The notes under the pieces were generated by a model. That model saw only the letters and a program-made list of their open reading frames with translations, was not told the DNA's origin and made no database searches. A stretch of DNA of 64,000 nt from an uncultured Leptotrichia sp. (GTDB taxonomy: Bacteria; Fusobacteriota; Fusobacteriia; Fusobacteriales; Leptotrichiaceae): positions 30,436 through 94,435 of the forward strand of contig CAUQGN010000005.1 of NCBI GenBank assembly GCA_963517565.1. The letters are read 5' to 3'. Shown one piece after another: positions 19,634 to 29,327 of the stretch (its first letter is position 1; every line of letters begins with the position of its first letter). Both the position numbers and the translations under genes were made by a program.

Positions 19634-19891
19634 CTAAAATGCTGTAATTGTTGCAAGTAGCCCAAAGACTACCCCTGGAAAGTTTGCTGCTGATAAAGGA
19701 TAATCTTTTTTTTCCTTTAAAAGTCCATAACTTGTCCATATCGTACAGTTAACTGCTGCTGCTAAAGGCTGTAAGAAAAATGTTTTGTTCCCATGTAGGT
19801 TTCCTACTATTTGTGGAACATAAGATACATACATTATTACAGAAAGTAATGTTCCAATCCATCCTAAAATTTTTAAGTTTTTTTCGCTCAC
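19634..19891 (-). CDS. SemiSWEET / PQ-loop family transporter (3 TM)
   Basis: About 85 aa with three TM segments and the PQ motif (YVSYVPQIVGNL). The likely start is GTG at 19891 (GGAGA 5 nt upstream), not the track start at 19930. Confidence 0.6.
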   Translation of the reverse strand: MSEKNLKILGWIGTLLSVIMYVSYVPQIVGNLHGNKTFFLQPLAAAVNCTIWTSYGLLKEKKDYPLSAANFPGVVFGLLATITAF

Positions 19892-19997
19892 TTTGTTCTC
19901 CAATCTTTTAAATTTCAATAAAATTAACAAGTTTTAATAATAAAAGTATATCACAAAGCCTTTTGAAAAAACAATAAAAAATCAAATTAAATTTCCC

Positions 19998-20026
19998 TTG
20001 ACATTACAATAAAAATCCGATATAAT
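19998..20026 (+). promoter_or_regulatory. Perfect-consensus sigma70 promoter of tRNA-Thr
   Basis: TTGACA (19998-20003), 17 nt, TATAAT (20021-20026), 15 nt upstream of the mature tRNA 5' end. Confidence 0.8.
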
Positions 20027-20041
20027 ATCTTTGTAAATTTT

Positions 20042-20117
<76 letters not shown>

Positions 20118-20150
20118 CTTTATAAAAATCACTCATATTATAATTTTAGG

Positions 20151-20182
20151 ACTATTTTATTTTGATAAAATAGTTTTTTTTT
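20151..20182 (+). terminator. Intrinsic terminator after tRNA-Thr
   Basis: ACTATTTTAT-tttg-ATAAAATAGT followed by T8. Confidence 0.85.
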
Positions 20183-20274
20183 ATAAATTTTTGAAAATAT
20201 CAACTTTAATTTTTGGTATTAAATTATAAAATATTTTATAACTCAAAAAGAATAATAATCATAAAAATTTATAA

Positions 20275-20378
20275 TATACTCGAACCTATTTAAAATTGAA
20301 CTGATAGAAATTATATAATTTAAGGTTTGAGTAAAATAGTCATAATTTTTGAGTTCTATTTTAAACTAGTTTTACTAT
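20275..20378 (-). repeat. 104-bp dispersed repeat, copy B1 (inverted relative to B2)
   Basis: The reverse complement matches 41307-41410 at 100 of 104 positions (aligned by hand). Confidence 0.9.
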
Positions 20379-20404
20379 AATATTTCTTTAAATACATTTG
20401 ATAT

Positions 20405-20947
20405 TTATTCATTTATAAATCTTGATTCTTTATATTCCAAATCATTTAAAATGATTTCAATTCTTCTATTATTATATCTTCCTTCTACAGTTTCATTTGT
20501 ATCCATAGGTTCTTTCCCACCTTTTCCTATAATTTTCACAATGGAAAATCTTTTATCTAATACATATTCCCGCAATAATTTAGCTGCATTTATTGCCCTT
20601 TCCAAAGATAATTTTAGATTATGTTTTTTTGAACCAGTTGAATCTGTATGTCCTATAATTTCAAGAGAACCTTTTTCTATATGGACATTAAGCATATTTG
20701 CAATGTATTTCAAATCATAACTTTCAGATTCATTCACTTTTTCTCCACCTACCTTAAATCCATGAACTACACATTTTCTATCTGTTATAATACAAGGCGA
20801 AAATCCAAAATTTATCTGAGTTGACATTGGGGTTTCTGGAATATAATTAGTATTTCCCATATTAATTTTTTCTTCTTTTTTTAAAATTTCCTCTGCCTGC
20901 ACACTCATACCTGTTACTATCATCAAAAGTATAATTAATTTTTTCAT
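20405..20947 (-). CDS. OmpA/MotB C-terminal-domain protein (secreted)
   Basis: Signal peptide. IIGHTDSTGSKKHNLKLSLERAINAAKLL ... RYNNRRIEI is the peptidoglycan-binding OmpA-like domain. Confidence 0.85.
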   Translation of the reverse strand: MKKLIILLMIVTGMSVQAEEILKKEEKINMGNTNYIPETPMSTQINFGFSPCIITDRKCVVHGFKVGGEKVNESESYDLKYIANMLNVHIEKGSLEIIGHTDSTGSKKHNLKLSLERAINAAKLLREYVLDKRFSIVKIIGKGGKEPMDTNETVEGRYNNRRIEIILNDLEYKESRFINE

Positions 20948-21021
20948 AACCTTTTTTCCCTAGATAAATTCTATAATAAAATGCAATAAATTTTAAACTT
21001 CCCCCTTTTTTTAATTCGATT

Positions 21022-21471
21022 TTATTTTCCTGAAGTTTCAAATTCTACATTATTCAAAAGAATCTCAACCCTTCGGTTATTGTATCTGCCATCAACTCTA
21101 TCGTCTGTATCTACAGGCGAATTTGCTCCTTCACCTTTTATTTTTCCAAAGGAAAATCTTTTATCCAGCCCAAATTCCCTCATTAATCTTGCAAAGTTTT
21201 TTGCCCTTGTTTCTGATAATTTTAAATTATGTTTTTGTGAACCTGTAGAATCTGTATGCCCTATAACATCAATTGTTCCAGATTTGCCATATTTATTTAA
21301 ATCATTGACAATTTCTCTAATAGTTGATACTTCAGACTCATTTAGTACATTTCCATCTATGTTAAAACCTCTTATAATACATTTTTTTTCTTCTAACGAA
21401 CAAGATTCCCCTAAATGTGCCATTGCATTTATTCCAACCGCCATTACCAAAAATATAACTGCTTTTTTCAT
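21022..21471 (-). CDS. OmpA/MotB C-terminal-domain protein (secreted), tandem paralog
   Basis: VIGHTDSTGSQKHNLKLSETRAKNFARLM ... RYNNRRVEI. The ATG at 21471 has AAGGAG 8 nt upstream. It shares a Cys pair with its neighbour (C..KKCIIRGF versus C..RKCVVHGF). Confidence 0.85.
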   Translation of the reverse strand: MKKAVIFLVMAVGINAMAHLGESCSLEEKKCIIRGFNIDGNVLNESEVSTIREIVNDLNKYGKSGTIDVIGHTDSTGSQKHNLKLSETRAKNFARLMREFGLDKRFSFGKIKGEGANSPVDTDDRVDGRYNNRRVEILLNNVEFETSGK

Positions 21472-21579
21472 TACTATCACTCCTTAACACTTTTTTCACT
21501 AGAATTATACCATATTTTTTTTAAAAAAAAGAAAAATCTGATAAAATCAAATCTTTCTTTCATGAATTAATTTTAATTA

Positions 21580-22590
21580 TTATTTTTTAGTTTTTTTCGC
21601 TAATAATTTGTTGTGTTCCTTTATTACTTCGTTGAAGTTTGCAAGTACATTTTCTGGTGTCCCTTCCTCAGTCTGTGCAAAGAAACTATCACTTACAGAC
21701 GAATGCGAGGCTTTTTCCTTTTTCTCTATTCTTTGGATAAATACATTTACAGATTGCTTAAATTTATTTGCTTTCTGAATAAATTCACTATGATCTCCAG
21801 GATTATATCCTTCTTTTTCAAGCTGCTTTGTATTTTTTATAGATTTTTCAAATTTTATGAAGGCTTTATCCATTTTTTCTTCCAATTTTTTGAATTTTTT
21901 TGCATTTCCTTTTGCAGTAAAATCACTTGCATCAAGCCCTTGCTTATGTATTTCCTTTATAATCTGGTCGCCTTCCTCAATGAACATAAATTGATTATAC
22001 GTAATATATTGCTTTCTCTTGTCATAATCTTTTATCATCAGCTTTTTAATTTCATCTGATTTTTTTTCAAATACTTCTTTATAACTTTTTGTAACTTGAT
22101 TATATTTATCTAAAGTTGCAAGTAATTGTGTATGTAAATCTTGTGCTTTTCCATAATTATCCTGTAAATACTGTTTATTTTTATAATATGCTCTCATTTC
22201 ATCCGCAATTGGTAACATTTTTTCAAGTACTGGAAGCATAGTTATCGCTTTCTTATCTAATTCGTCTTTTTTTTCTTTACTTTCAGATAATTCTTTTAAT
22301 TTATCAATAAAATTTTTGTCAATTGCAATATCAGCTGCAATCTCTTCGTTTTGGATATTTTTAAACTTTTTATCCATTCCAGCGTCTTCAAAATAATACA
22401 GTAATCCTTTGTCAATATTAAGAATTCTATTATAAAAACGTATGTGCTTGTTATATTTATCTTTATTTTTATCTAATACAGCTTGCTCTTTAGAAACTCC
22501 ACTTAATGATTTTTTTTCTATTTTTCCTGCTCTTGTTGATAAAAACACTATAACTAACATTATTAATAGTATTATTCCAATTTTTTTCAT
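21580..22590 (-). CDS. Membrane-anchored, Lys/Glu-rich helical protein; resembles DUF3829/YiiG-type proteins (recalled, low certainty)
   Basis: N-terminal TM followed by about 310 aa of helical low-complexity sequence. The family name is from memory only. Confidence 0.6.
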   Translation of the reverse strand: MKKIGIILLIMLVIVFLSTRAGKIEKKSLSGVSKEQAVLDKNKDKYNKHIRFYNRILNIDKGLLYYFEDAGMDKKFKNIQNEEIAADIAIDKNFIDKLKELSESKEKKDELDKKAITMLPVLEKMLPIADEMRAYYKNKQYLQDNYGKAQDLHTQLLATLDKYNQVTKSYKEVFEKKSDEIKKLMIKDYDKRKQYITYNQFMFIEEGDQIIKEIHKQGLDASDFTAKGNAKKFKKLEEKMDKAFIKFEKSIKNTKQLEKEGYNPGDHSEFIQKANKFKQSVNVFIQRIEKKEKASHSSVSDSFFAQTEEGTPENVLANFNEVIKEHNKLLAKKTKK

Positions 22591-22819
22591 ATAATATTTT
22601 CAATCCTCCTCTATTTTACTGTTAAAATAATTTTTAAACTTCTTTGAATTTTATTTAAAATTTATTTTATCTCTTTAGTATAATTATAATAATTTTTATA
22701 CATAATGTCAAATAAAAATAATATATTTTTTACAAAAAAATCAAATAAAATTTTTTTTACATATTCTAAAAAATATTATATAATATATTAAAATCTATTA
22801 ATAGAAAGAAGGTAATGAA

Positions 22820-23320
22820 ATGAAAAAATTATTAGTTATTATTTCAATGTTTATGGTATTTCTGGCTGGATATGGAAAAACAAGAACTCTTGATGTGAAT
22901 ATGGAAATCGGAGCAAAAATTCCTAGTTTCGAGTTAAGAGAATTTAGCGGAAAATATACAAAAAGTAGAAAAATATTGAATAATGGAAAGCCTACATTAT
23001 TAGTATTTGCTGCCGAATGGTGTCCACACTGCCACACTGAATTACCAGAAGTTCAAAAATTTTATGATGAAAACAAGGATAGTATAAATGTAGCAGTTAT
23101 ATTTACAAGCAGAAAAACAAATTTAACATCAACAAAGCAATTTGTAGAAGAAAATAAATTTACTTTCCCCGTTTACTACGATGCTAATCAATCCATCATG
23201 AAAGGATTTAAAATTAAATCTGTCCCAACTAATTTGATAATACAAAAATCAATTATAGAAAATATTAATGAAGGAATAATGGATTATGATAGTTTAAAAA
23301 AGGCATTTTATCTTAATTAA
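22820..23320 (+). CDS. TlpA/ResA-like thiol-disulfide oxidoreductase (thioredoxin fold), exported
   Basis: Signal/anchor sequence plus the AEWCPHCHTELPE CxxC motif. Confidence 0.85.
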   Translation: MKKLLVIISMFMVFLAGYGKTRTLDVNMEIGAKIPSFELREFSGKYTKSRKILNNGKPTLLVFAAEWCPHCHTELPEVQKFYDENKDSINVAVIFTSRKTNLTSTKQFVEENKFTFPVYYDANQSIMKGFKIKSVPTNLIIQKSIIENINEGIMDYDSLKKAFYLN

Positions 23321-23348
23321 TTTTTTTATCATAATAAATAAATTTAAG

Positions 23349-23383
23349 GAATTTAGAATTTTTGTATTCTAAATTCTTTTTTT
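23349..23383 (+). terminator. Intrinsic terminator of the thioredoxin-like gene
   Basis: GAATTTAGAAT-ttttgt-ATTCTAAATTC followed by T7. Confidence 0.85.
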
Positions 23384-23504
23384 GTAGTTACTGAAAACTA
23401 TTATCAAATAAAACTTAAAAAAAATAGGACTGCTAATGGTAAAAATAAAATTACTTTAAGTTAAAATATTTTTTAATTTTTACTCTTTAGTAATCCTTAT
23501 TTTC

Positions 23505-24527
23505 TTAATAAATAAACATTGAATCCCCAAAACTATAAAATCTATACTTTTCTTCAATAGCTTTCTTATAAGCCTCAAAAACAAACTTCTTACCACCAAA
23601 CGCTGAAATTAACATAATTAAAGTAGATTTTGGCAAATGGAAATTTGTAATTATTGCATCAACAATTTTAAAATTATAATCTCCATAAATAAAAATATTT
23701 GTATCCCCTTCTGAAGCTATTAATTTCTTATTTTCATCAACAGAAGATTCCAATGTTCTTACTGATGTTGTTCCTACTGCAATTACACGATTCCCATTTT
23801 TTTTAGCCTCATTGATAATTTTGGCAGTTTCTTCGGGTATTCGATATTTTTCACTGTGCATTTTATGATCTAGCACATTTTCCACCTGTACTGGACGAAA
23901 TGTTCCAAGCCCCACATCCAAAAATACTTCTGTTATAATAATTCCTTTTTTACGAATTTTGTCTAGAAGCTCATTTGTAAAATGAAGTCCCGCTGTTGGA
24001 GCAGCTACTGATTCGCCTTCTTTAGCATAAACAGTCTGATATCTGTTTTTATCCTCCAGTTTTTCCATAATATATGGTGGAAGTGGCATTTCTCCCAGTT
24101 TATCCAAAATTTCCTCAAATCTTCCTTCAAAACTGAATTTTATAATTCTATTCCCATCTTCCTTGATTTCCAAAAGTTCTGCCTCTAAAACTCCCTCTAG
24201 AAATATAAGTTTCTGTCCAATTTTTAATTTTTTGGCAGGTTTTAGCAAAACTTCCCACGTATATAAATCATATCTTTTTAAAAGGAAACATTCCAATATA
24301 ACTCCATTTTCCTTATGTCCAAATAATCTTGCAGGAATAACTTTTGTACGATTAATTACTAGGACATCATCTTTTTTTAAATAATCTATAATATTATAAA
24401 ATTTTTTATGTTCCAATGTTTTTTCTTTTTTATTCAATACTAATAATTTTGAATGATCTCTAGGATTTACAGCATGCTGCGCTATCAGTTCCTCAGGCAG
24501 TTCAAAATCAAAATCTGAAATTTTCAT
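23505..24527 (-). CDS. queA: S-adenosylmethionine:tRNA ribosyltransferase-isomerase
   Basis: MKISDFDFELPEELIAQHAV.PRD.SKLLV... and the C-terminal RFYSFGDSMFI are classic QueA. Confidence 0.95.
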   Translation of the reverse strand: MKISDFDFELPEELIAQHAVNPRDHSKLLVLNKKEKTLEHKKFYNIIDYLKKDDVLVINRTKVIPARLFGHKENGVILECFLLKRYDLYTWEVLLKPAKKLKIGQKLIFLEGVLEAELLEIKEDGNRIIKFSFEGRFEEILDKLGEMPLPPYIMEKLEDKNRYQTVYAKEGESVAAPTAGLHFTNELLDKIRKKGIIITEVFLDVGLGTFRPVQVENVLDHKMHSEKYRIPEETAKIINEAKKNGNRVIAVGTTSVRTLESSVDENKKLIASEGDTNIFIYGDYNFKIVDAIITNFHLPKSTLIMLISAFGGKKFVFEAYKKAIEEKYRFYSFGDSMFIY

Positions 24528-24626
24528 TTAATTTATTTCTCCTATTTCTATATTTTCTTTTTTTATTTTTGTTTATTTGAAAGGAAACAGGGAATTTAAT
24601 AATTCCCTGCCATAATTATTATTCAA

Positions 24627-25703
24627 TTAATACGCTCTTCCAATTTCAAAAGTTTTGTATGTATCTACTCTGTTGTACCATCCTTGCAGCCATCTTCTCT
24701 CATTTCTTGGAGCATTTCTTACACGTCTTGCCAGTACATCTTTGGCAGAGTTGCTAAATTCTACTAATGCACTTTGTCCTACTGCTGTTCCTTTCATATT
24801 TTCAAGCACTTGTCTTAATCCCCAAGCTATATTATTGTATGAAGAAACACCTTTCAATCCTTCACCTTTAAAGTTTACGTAGTCAATCAACGCATAAAGT
24901 CCATTAGGAGTATTTACCATTCTTTCAAACTGATTTCTTAAATTTTCCTTGTTTGAAGACGCTTCAATCATTTTGTCAAGTGAACCTTTTAATCTTTCAT
25001 AAATAAACATTACCTGAATATCTCTTGTGTTATCAAAAAATGCTATCAATTCTTGAATATCCTTATCACCATTAGCTTTTTTAGCCATTAATTCTGACTT
25101 ACTGCTCCAAGGCGAATATCTAAATTCAGAAAGTAATTTTGGCAATTCAATTCCTTGCTGTTTATAATAAGCAACCATGTCAGGCAAACTATCCCCAAAA
25201 CCTTTTCTACCACCACTTGCTTTAAACCAAGTGAAATGTCCTATTCCAAGCGAAGGGAAATTTTCTCCATCATTCCAGTCAACAAGATTATTTCTAATTC
25301 CTCCTGTTTCATTTTGAAAAATTCTTTCTGCCACTGCCAGCAATTGTTCCTTTGATAATTTCATATCAGGTGTTCCTTGCTGTGTTTTTCTATTTGCTGT
25401 GTAAGTATTTACATTTGGTCGCTCATAACTTCCGCTATCACGCATATTTCTCAAACTTGTATTTACATTTAAATCAATACTTTTGTTATTATACTGATTT
25501 TTAATTAATTTTTCCAATTGAGAATTATTTGATGTTCTTGAGGATGCGACTAGCTTTGGCTCAGATTTTGGTGTATTTACAGTTTCGATGTTTTCTGACG
25601 AAACCGCTTCCCTAATATTCTCACTTCCAAATGATATTATTGAATATGTTAATCCTAATAATAATGCTCCTGTCTTTTTAAAAATTCTCCTATCACTAAC
25701 CAT
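24627..25703 (-). CDS. Exported protein of unknown function
   Basis: N-terminal signal/anchor sequence. The conserved-looking core NETGG...DWNDGENFPSLGIGHFTW loosely recalls lysozyme-like superfamily catalytic regions. That resemblance is speculation only. Confidence 0.7.
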   Translation of the reverse strand: MVSDRRIFKKTGALLLGLTYSIISFGSENIREAVSSENIETVNTPKSEPKLVASSRTSNNSQLEKLIKNQYNNKSIDLNVNTSLRNMRDSGSYERPNVNTYTANRKTQQGTPDMKLSKEQLLAVAERIFQNETGGIRNNLVDWNDGENFPSLGIGHFTWFKASGGRKGFGDSLPDMVAYYKQQGIELPKLLSEFRYSPWSSKSELMAKKANGDKDIQELIAFFDNTRDIQVMFIYERLKGSLDKMIEASSNKENLRNQFERMVNTPNGLYALIDYVNFKGEGLKGVSSYNNIAWGLRQVLENMKGTAVGQSALVEFSNSAKDVLARRVRNAPRNERRWLQGWYNRVDTYKTFEIGRAY

Positions 25704-25788
25704 TATTCATCTCCATTCTTTCTTATTAGATGATTCTTAATTTTTAAAGTAAAGTGTCTAAAAATCTAGAATCATTTAATATTTTTTG

Positions 25789-26931
25789 TTAATTTTCAAT
25801 TTTATTTATAATTTTCTGTCCTACAACAACTCTATCCAATCCAGCTAAATCTTTTATAACTTCAACATTCTTAAAACCTGAACTTGTCATAATTTCTGTG
25901 ACATATTTTCCTTGCTTGTAGCCTATTTCAAATATTAAATAGCCAAAATCAGTCAAATAATCAGATGCCCTCTGACAAATTTCATAGTAGAAGTATAATC
26001 CGTCATTTTCTGCAAAAAGTGCTTCACTTGGCTCATGTAATAAAGTGTCATCTGACATAATACCTGCTTCATTAAGGGAAATATACGGTGGATTTGACAC
26101 TATCATATCAAACTGATTAAATTCAATATTTTCAAATAAATTTGATTTTAAAAATTTTATATTTGGAACTTTTAAAAGTTCCTTATTTTTTTCAGCAGTT
26201 TCAAGTGCCTTTTCAGAAATATCCACGCCTAATACATATGAATCCTTTATTTCCAATGCGGCTGTTATTCCTATTATACCACTTCCAACGCCAATATCAA
26301 GTATTTTGGGATGAACTTTTGAATTTTGATTTTTTATAATATTATTTTTCAAAATATCAATCATTTTTTCAACCAAAACTTCAGTATCCTGACGCGGAAT
26401 TAAAACTCCCTTGTCAACGTAAAATTTTCTTCCATAAAATTCCTGTTCATTTAACAAATACTGAACTGGAAATTTTTCACGTCCAATTTTCTGAATAAAA
26501 TATCTGATTTTTTCGATTTTTTCATTTTCAATTTCATCTCTGTATTTTGTAAAAAGCATCATTCTATCAATATTTAAAACATGCGAAAATACAATTTCTG
26601 TAATTAACTTACTTTCATCAATATTATTTTTTTCAAGATATGAAATACTTTTATCAAGCAGTGATTTTAACTGTTTTTCAGATTTTTCGATATTTTCAAA
26701 ATCATTATTGTCAGATATTTTTTTATCATTATTTGTTATATCGTTTAGTTTTTCTCTAATTTTTTTTAAGTCATCTTCTGATAACATACGCTCAAATTCA
26801 GCATAGAGCATAATTCTTTCCATTCCCATTACTTCTGAAATGATACTTTCTGCTGTCAATCTGGCATTTTTTATACCTTTTTTTTCTAAATAATTAACCG
26901 ATTTATTCAAGATATCCAGTAAATTATTCAT
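25789..26931 (-). CDS. prmC: Release-factor glutamine N5-methyltransferase with a duplicated N-terminal domain
   Basis: SAM motif [12 protein letters not shown] and the NPPY motif (VSNPPYI). ATG 26931 overlaps the prfA stop codon (ATGAATAA). The track start at 26943 is a TTG. Confidence 0.9.
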   Translation of the reverse strand: MNNLLDILNKSVNYLEKKGIKNARLTAESIISEVMGMERIMLYAEFERMLSEDDLKKIREKLNDITNNDKKISDNNDFENIEKSEKQLKSLLDKSISYLEKNNIDESKLITEIVFSHVLNIDRMMLFTKYRDEIENEKIEKIRYFIQKIGREKFPVQYLLNEQEFYGRKFYVDKGVLIPRQDTEVLVEKMIDILKNNIIKNQNSKVHPKILDIGVGSGIIGITAALEIKDSYVLGVDISEKALETAEKNKELLKVPNIKFLKSNLFENIEFNQFDMIVSNPPYISLNEAGIMSDDTLLHEPSEALFAENDGLYFYYEICQRASDYLTDFGYLIFEIGYKQGKYVTEIMTSSGFKNVEVIKDLAGLDRVVVGQKIINKIEN

Positions 26932-28006
26932 TTCCACTTCCAACTTCTTTTAACAGTTCAGCCTGTTCATAAGCAATTAAAGCATCTATCATTTCGTCTA
27001 AATCCCCATCTAGAATACCATCTAATCTATGAAGAGTCAACTTAATTCTATGATCGGTAACTCTTCCTTGAGGAAAATTATATGTTCTTATTTTTTCAGA
27101 TCTATCTCCACTTCCAACTTGTGAACGTCTTTCATTTTCAACTGCACTTCTTTGTTTCTCATATTCCATTTCATACAACTTAGAAGCCAGTACTTTCATT
27201 GCAGCCTCTCTATTTTTTATTTGTGAACGTCCATCCTGGGAAGTTACTACAAGTCCAGTTGGCAAGTGTGTAATTCTTACAGCAGAATCAGTAGTATTTA
27301 CGTGCTGCCCACCCGCTCCACTTGATCTGTATGTGTCAATCTTTAAATCACTTGGATTAATTTCAACTTCACTTACATCATCTATTTCAGGTAATACTGC
27401 AACCGTAATTGTAGATGTGTGAACTCTTCCAGAAGATTCAGTAGCTGGAACCCTTTGTACACGGTGAACTCCGCTTTCAAATTTTAATCTTGAATAAGCT
27501 CCGTTACCTTTAATCAAGAATGTTACTTCCTTCAATCCGCCAACACCAATTTCACTTTTATCAATAATTTCAGTTTTCCAACGGTTTCTTTCTGCATATC
27601 TTGTAAACATTCTGAAAATATCAGCTGCAAATAATGCTGCCTCATCTCCACCCGCTCCTGCACGGATTTCCATAATAACATTTTTATCATCGTTAGGGTC
27701 TTTTGGAAGTAAAAGTATCTTTAATTCTTCTTCAAGATTGGGAATTTCTTCTTCAATTGAATGAATTTCCTCAAGCATCATTTCTTTCATTTCCGCATCT
27801 TTTTCAGCTTTCAAATCTTCTTTCAAACTTTCCATTTCCTCTTTACGATTTTTATAATATGTATATTTCTGAACAACTTCATCAATGCTGTTTAAAGCCT
27901 TATTATACTCCATAATTTTCTTTGGATCTGAAACAACTTCAGGATCCATAAGCATTTCTGTAAGTTCCTTATGCTTTAAGACAACATCGTCTAATTTTTG
28001 AAACAT
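26924..28006 (-). CDS. prfA: Peptide chain release factor 1
   Basis: PAT tripeptide region ([10 protein letters not shown]) and the GGQ motif ([11 protein letters not shown]). Confidence 0.97.
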   Translation of the reverse strand: MFQKLDDVVLKHKELTEMLMDPEVVSDPKKIMEYNKALNSIDEVVQKYTYYKNRKEEMESLKEDLKAEKDAEMKEMMLEEIHSIEEEIPNLEEELKILLLPKDPNDDKNVIMEIRAGAGGDEAALFAADIFRMFTRYAERNRWKTEIIDKSEIGVGGLKEVTFLIKGNGAYSRLKFESGVHRVQRVPATESSGRVHTSTITVAVLPEIDDVSEVEINPSDLKIDTYRSSGAGGQHVNTTDSAVRITHLPTGLVVTSQDGRSQIKNREAAMKVLASKLYEMEYEKQRSAVENERRSQVGSGDRSEKIRTYNFPQGRVTDHRIKLTLHRLDGILDGDLDEMIDALIAYEQAELLKEVGSGNE

Positions 28007-28281
28007 AATTTATTTTTCAACTCCTAAATTTTTCCATTTTTTTGTGGTATATTTACATTTTTTAGTAAATTTATTTAAAGTTAAATAACTTTCACTAACA
28101 AATATTATAACATATTTTTTATCTTTTTTCAATTTTTTATTACACAAATTCTCGTTAATCATCGATTCTTTTTACAAAATTTAATTTTAATATTTATTTC
28201 CTCTGTAATTGAAGATAGAAAAATTATCTATAAAAATAATTATTTAAAAGAACTGATGAATCTTAATAACCACTTTTAAAA

Positions 28282-29172
28282 TTAATTATACAAAATTCCA
28301 AATTTCATCATCACAAATAATATAATAAATGCAACAGAAAAGCCAAGCAGCCCTCCGGCTAGTACCTCTCTAATACTATGAATCCCAGACTTGACCCTGC
28401 TTTGAGCTACTAATGCAGCCATAAAGAAGCCTAATATAAGTATTCTAATATCTGAAGTCATAAATAGCAGTATTCCAAAAGCTGAAAAAGCTATAGCGCT
28501 ATGTCCGCTAGGCATTCCACCTTCAAGCGGCGTTCCTTTTTGAAAAAATGACTTTAGGACAATAACAAGAATTGCAACAAGAATCAGTATTAAGATTGAA
28601 ATATTACCTTTTCTTCCTGCAATAATATGCAATTTATTTGTGCCATCAAAAATATCCAGCAATTTATCATAAAACAGCAGATATCCCACACATAACGCAT
28701 TAATTGCAGCAATCAAAACTGCCCCCGCTGCCACATCCTTAGCTAATTTTGCAAGTGGATGCCGTTCAGGGGAAATCAAATCCACAAGTGCCTCAACCGC
28801 TGTATTTATAAGCTCTGTAATTATTACAAATGATACTGACAATGAAATTATAAGAATTTCTACCTTGCTTGCATTTATAAGAATTGCTAAAATTACAATA
28901 ACAATTGCAGCAAGTATATGTACTTTCATGTGTTTTTCATTCTGTAATGCCGAAATCATCCCTTCAATCGCAAAATTAAAACTGTCTACAAGCCTTTTAT
29001 CTCTTGCTCTTTCCTTTTTTATATCCCAATTATATCTATCTTTCCTATGAAATAACCAGAAAATCGATTTTTTCCCTTTTTTGTTTTTTTCTTTCAAAAT
29101 TTTTACTCCTTTCTGCATTTCAATCAATTTTAATTTATGTATTAATTTCTTTATTTTCGCAGGATTGCTCAT
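28282..29172 (-). CDS. dgkA: Fusion protein: DgkA-type diacylglycerol/undecaprenol kinase + PAP2 phosphatase module
   Basis: Residues about 60-175 are DgkA-like (FNFAIEGM..., ELINTAVEALVD). The C-terminus carries PAP2 motifs PSGH and SRVKSGIHSIRE (SRx5Hx3D/E). The first about 9 codons lie inside repeat copy R4, so the true start is uncertain. Confidence 0.8.
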   Translation of the reverse strand: MSNPAKIKKLIHKLKLIEMQKGVKILKEKNKKGKKSIFWLFHRKDRYNWDIKKERARDKRLVDSFNFAIEGMISALQNEKHMKVHILAAIVIVILAILINASKVEILIISLSVSFVIITELINTAVEALVDLISPERHPLAKLAKDVAAGAVLIAAINALCVGYLLFYDKLLDIFDGTNKLHIIAGRKGNISILILILVAILVIVLKSFFQKGTPLEGGMPSGHSAIAFSAFGILLFMTSDIRILILGFFMAALVAQSRVKSGIHSIREVLAGGLLGFSVAFIILFVMMKFGILYN

Positions 29173-29222
29173 TGTCGCAAATCCTTATTGCAGTAAAGAT
29201 TTATCCTAATAATTAAAATTGC
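29146..29222 (-). repeat. Composite intergenic repeat, copy R4 (inverted), overlapping the dgkA-PAP2 start codon
   Basis: The reverse complement reads CAATTTTAATTATTAGGATAAATCTTTACTGCAATAAGGATTTGCGACAATGAGCAATCCTGCGAAAATAAAGAAA. This aligns almost base for base with 34538-34614. Confidence 0.8.
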
Positions 29223-29327
29223 GCCAAAATTGTTATGTCGACTTATTAAAATTAAAAAATAATATTTTAATTATTTAGAAATACCAGGTTTTTATTCTTT
29301 ATTTAAAGTAGATTTAATATAAAATTA

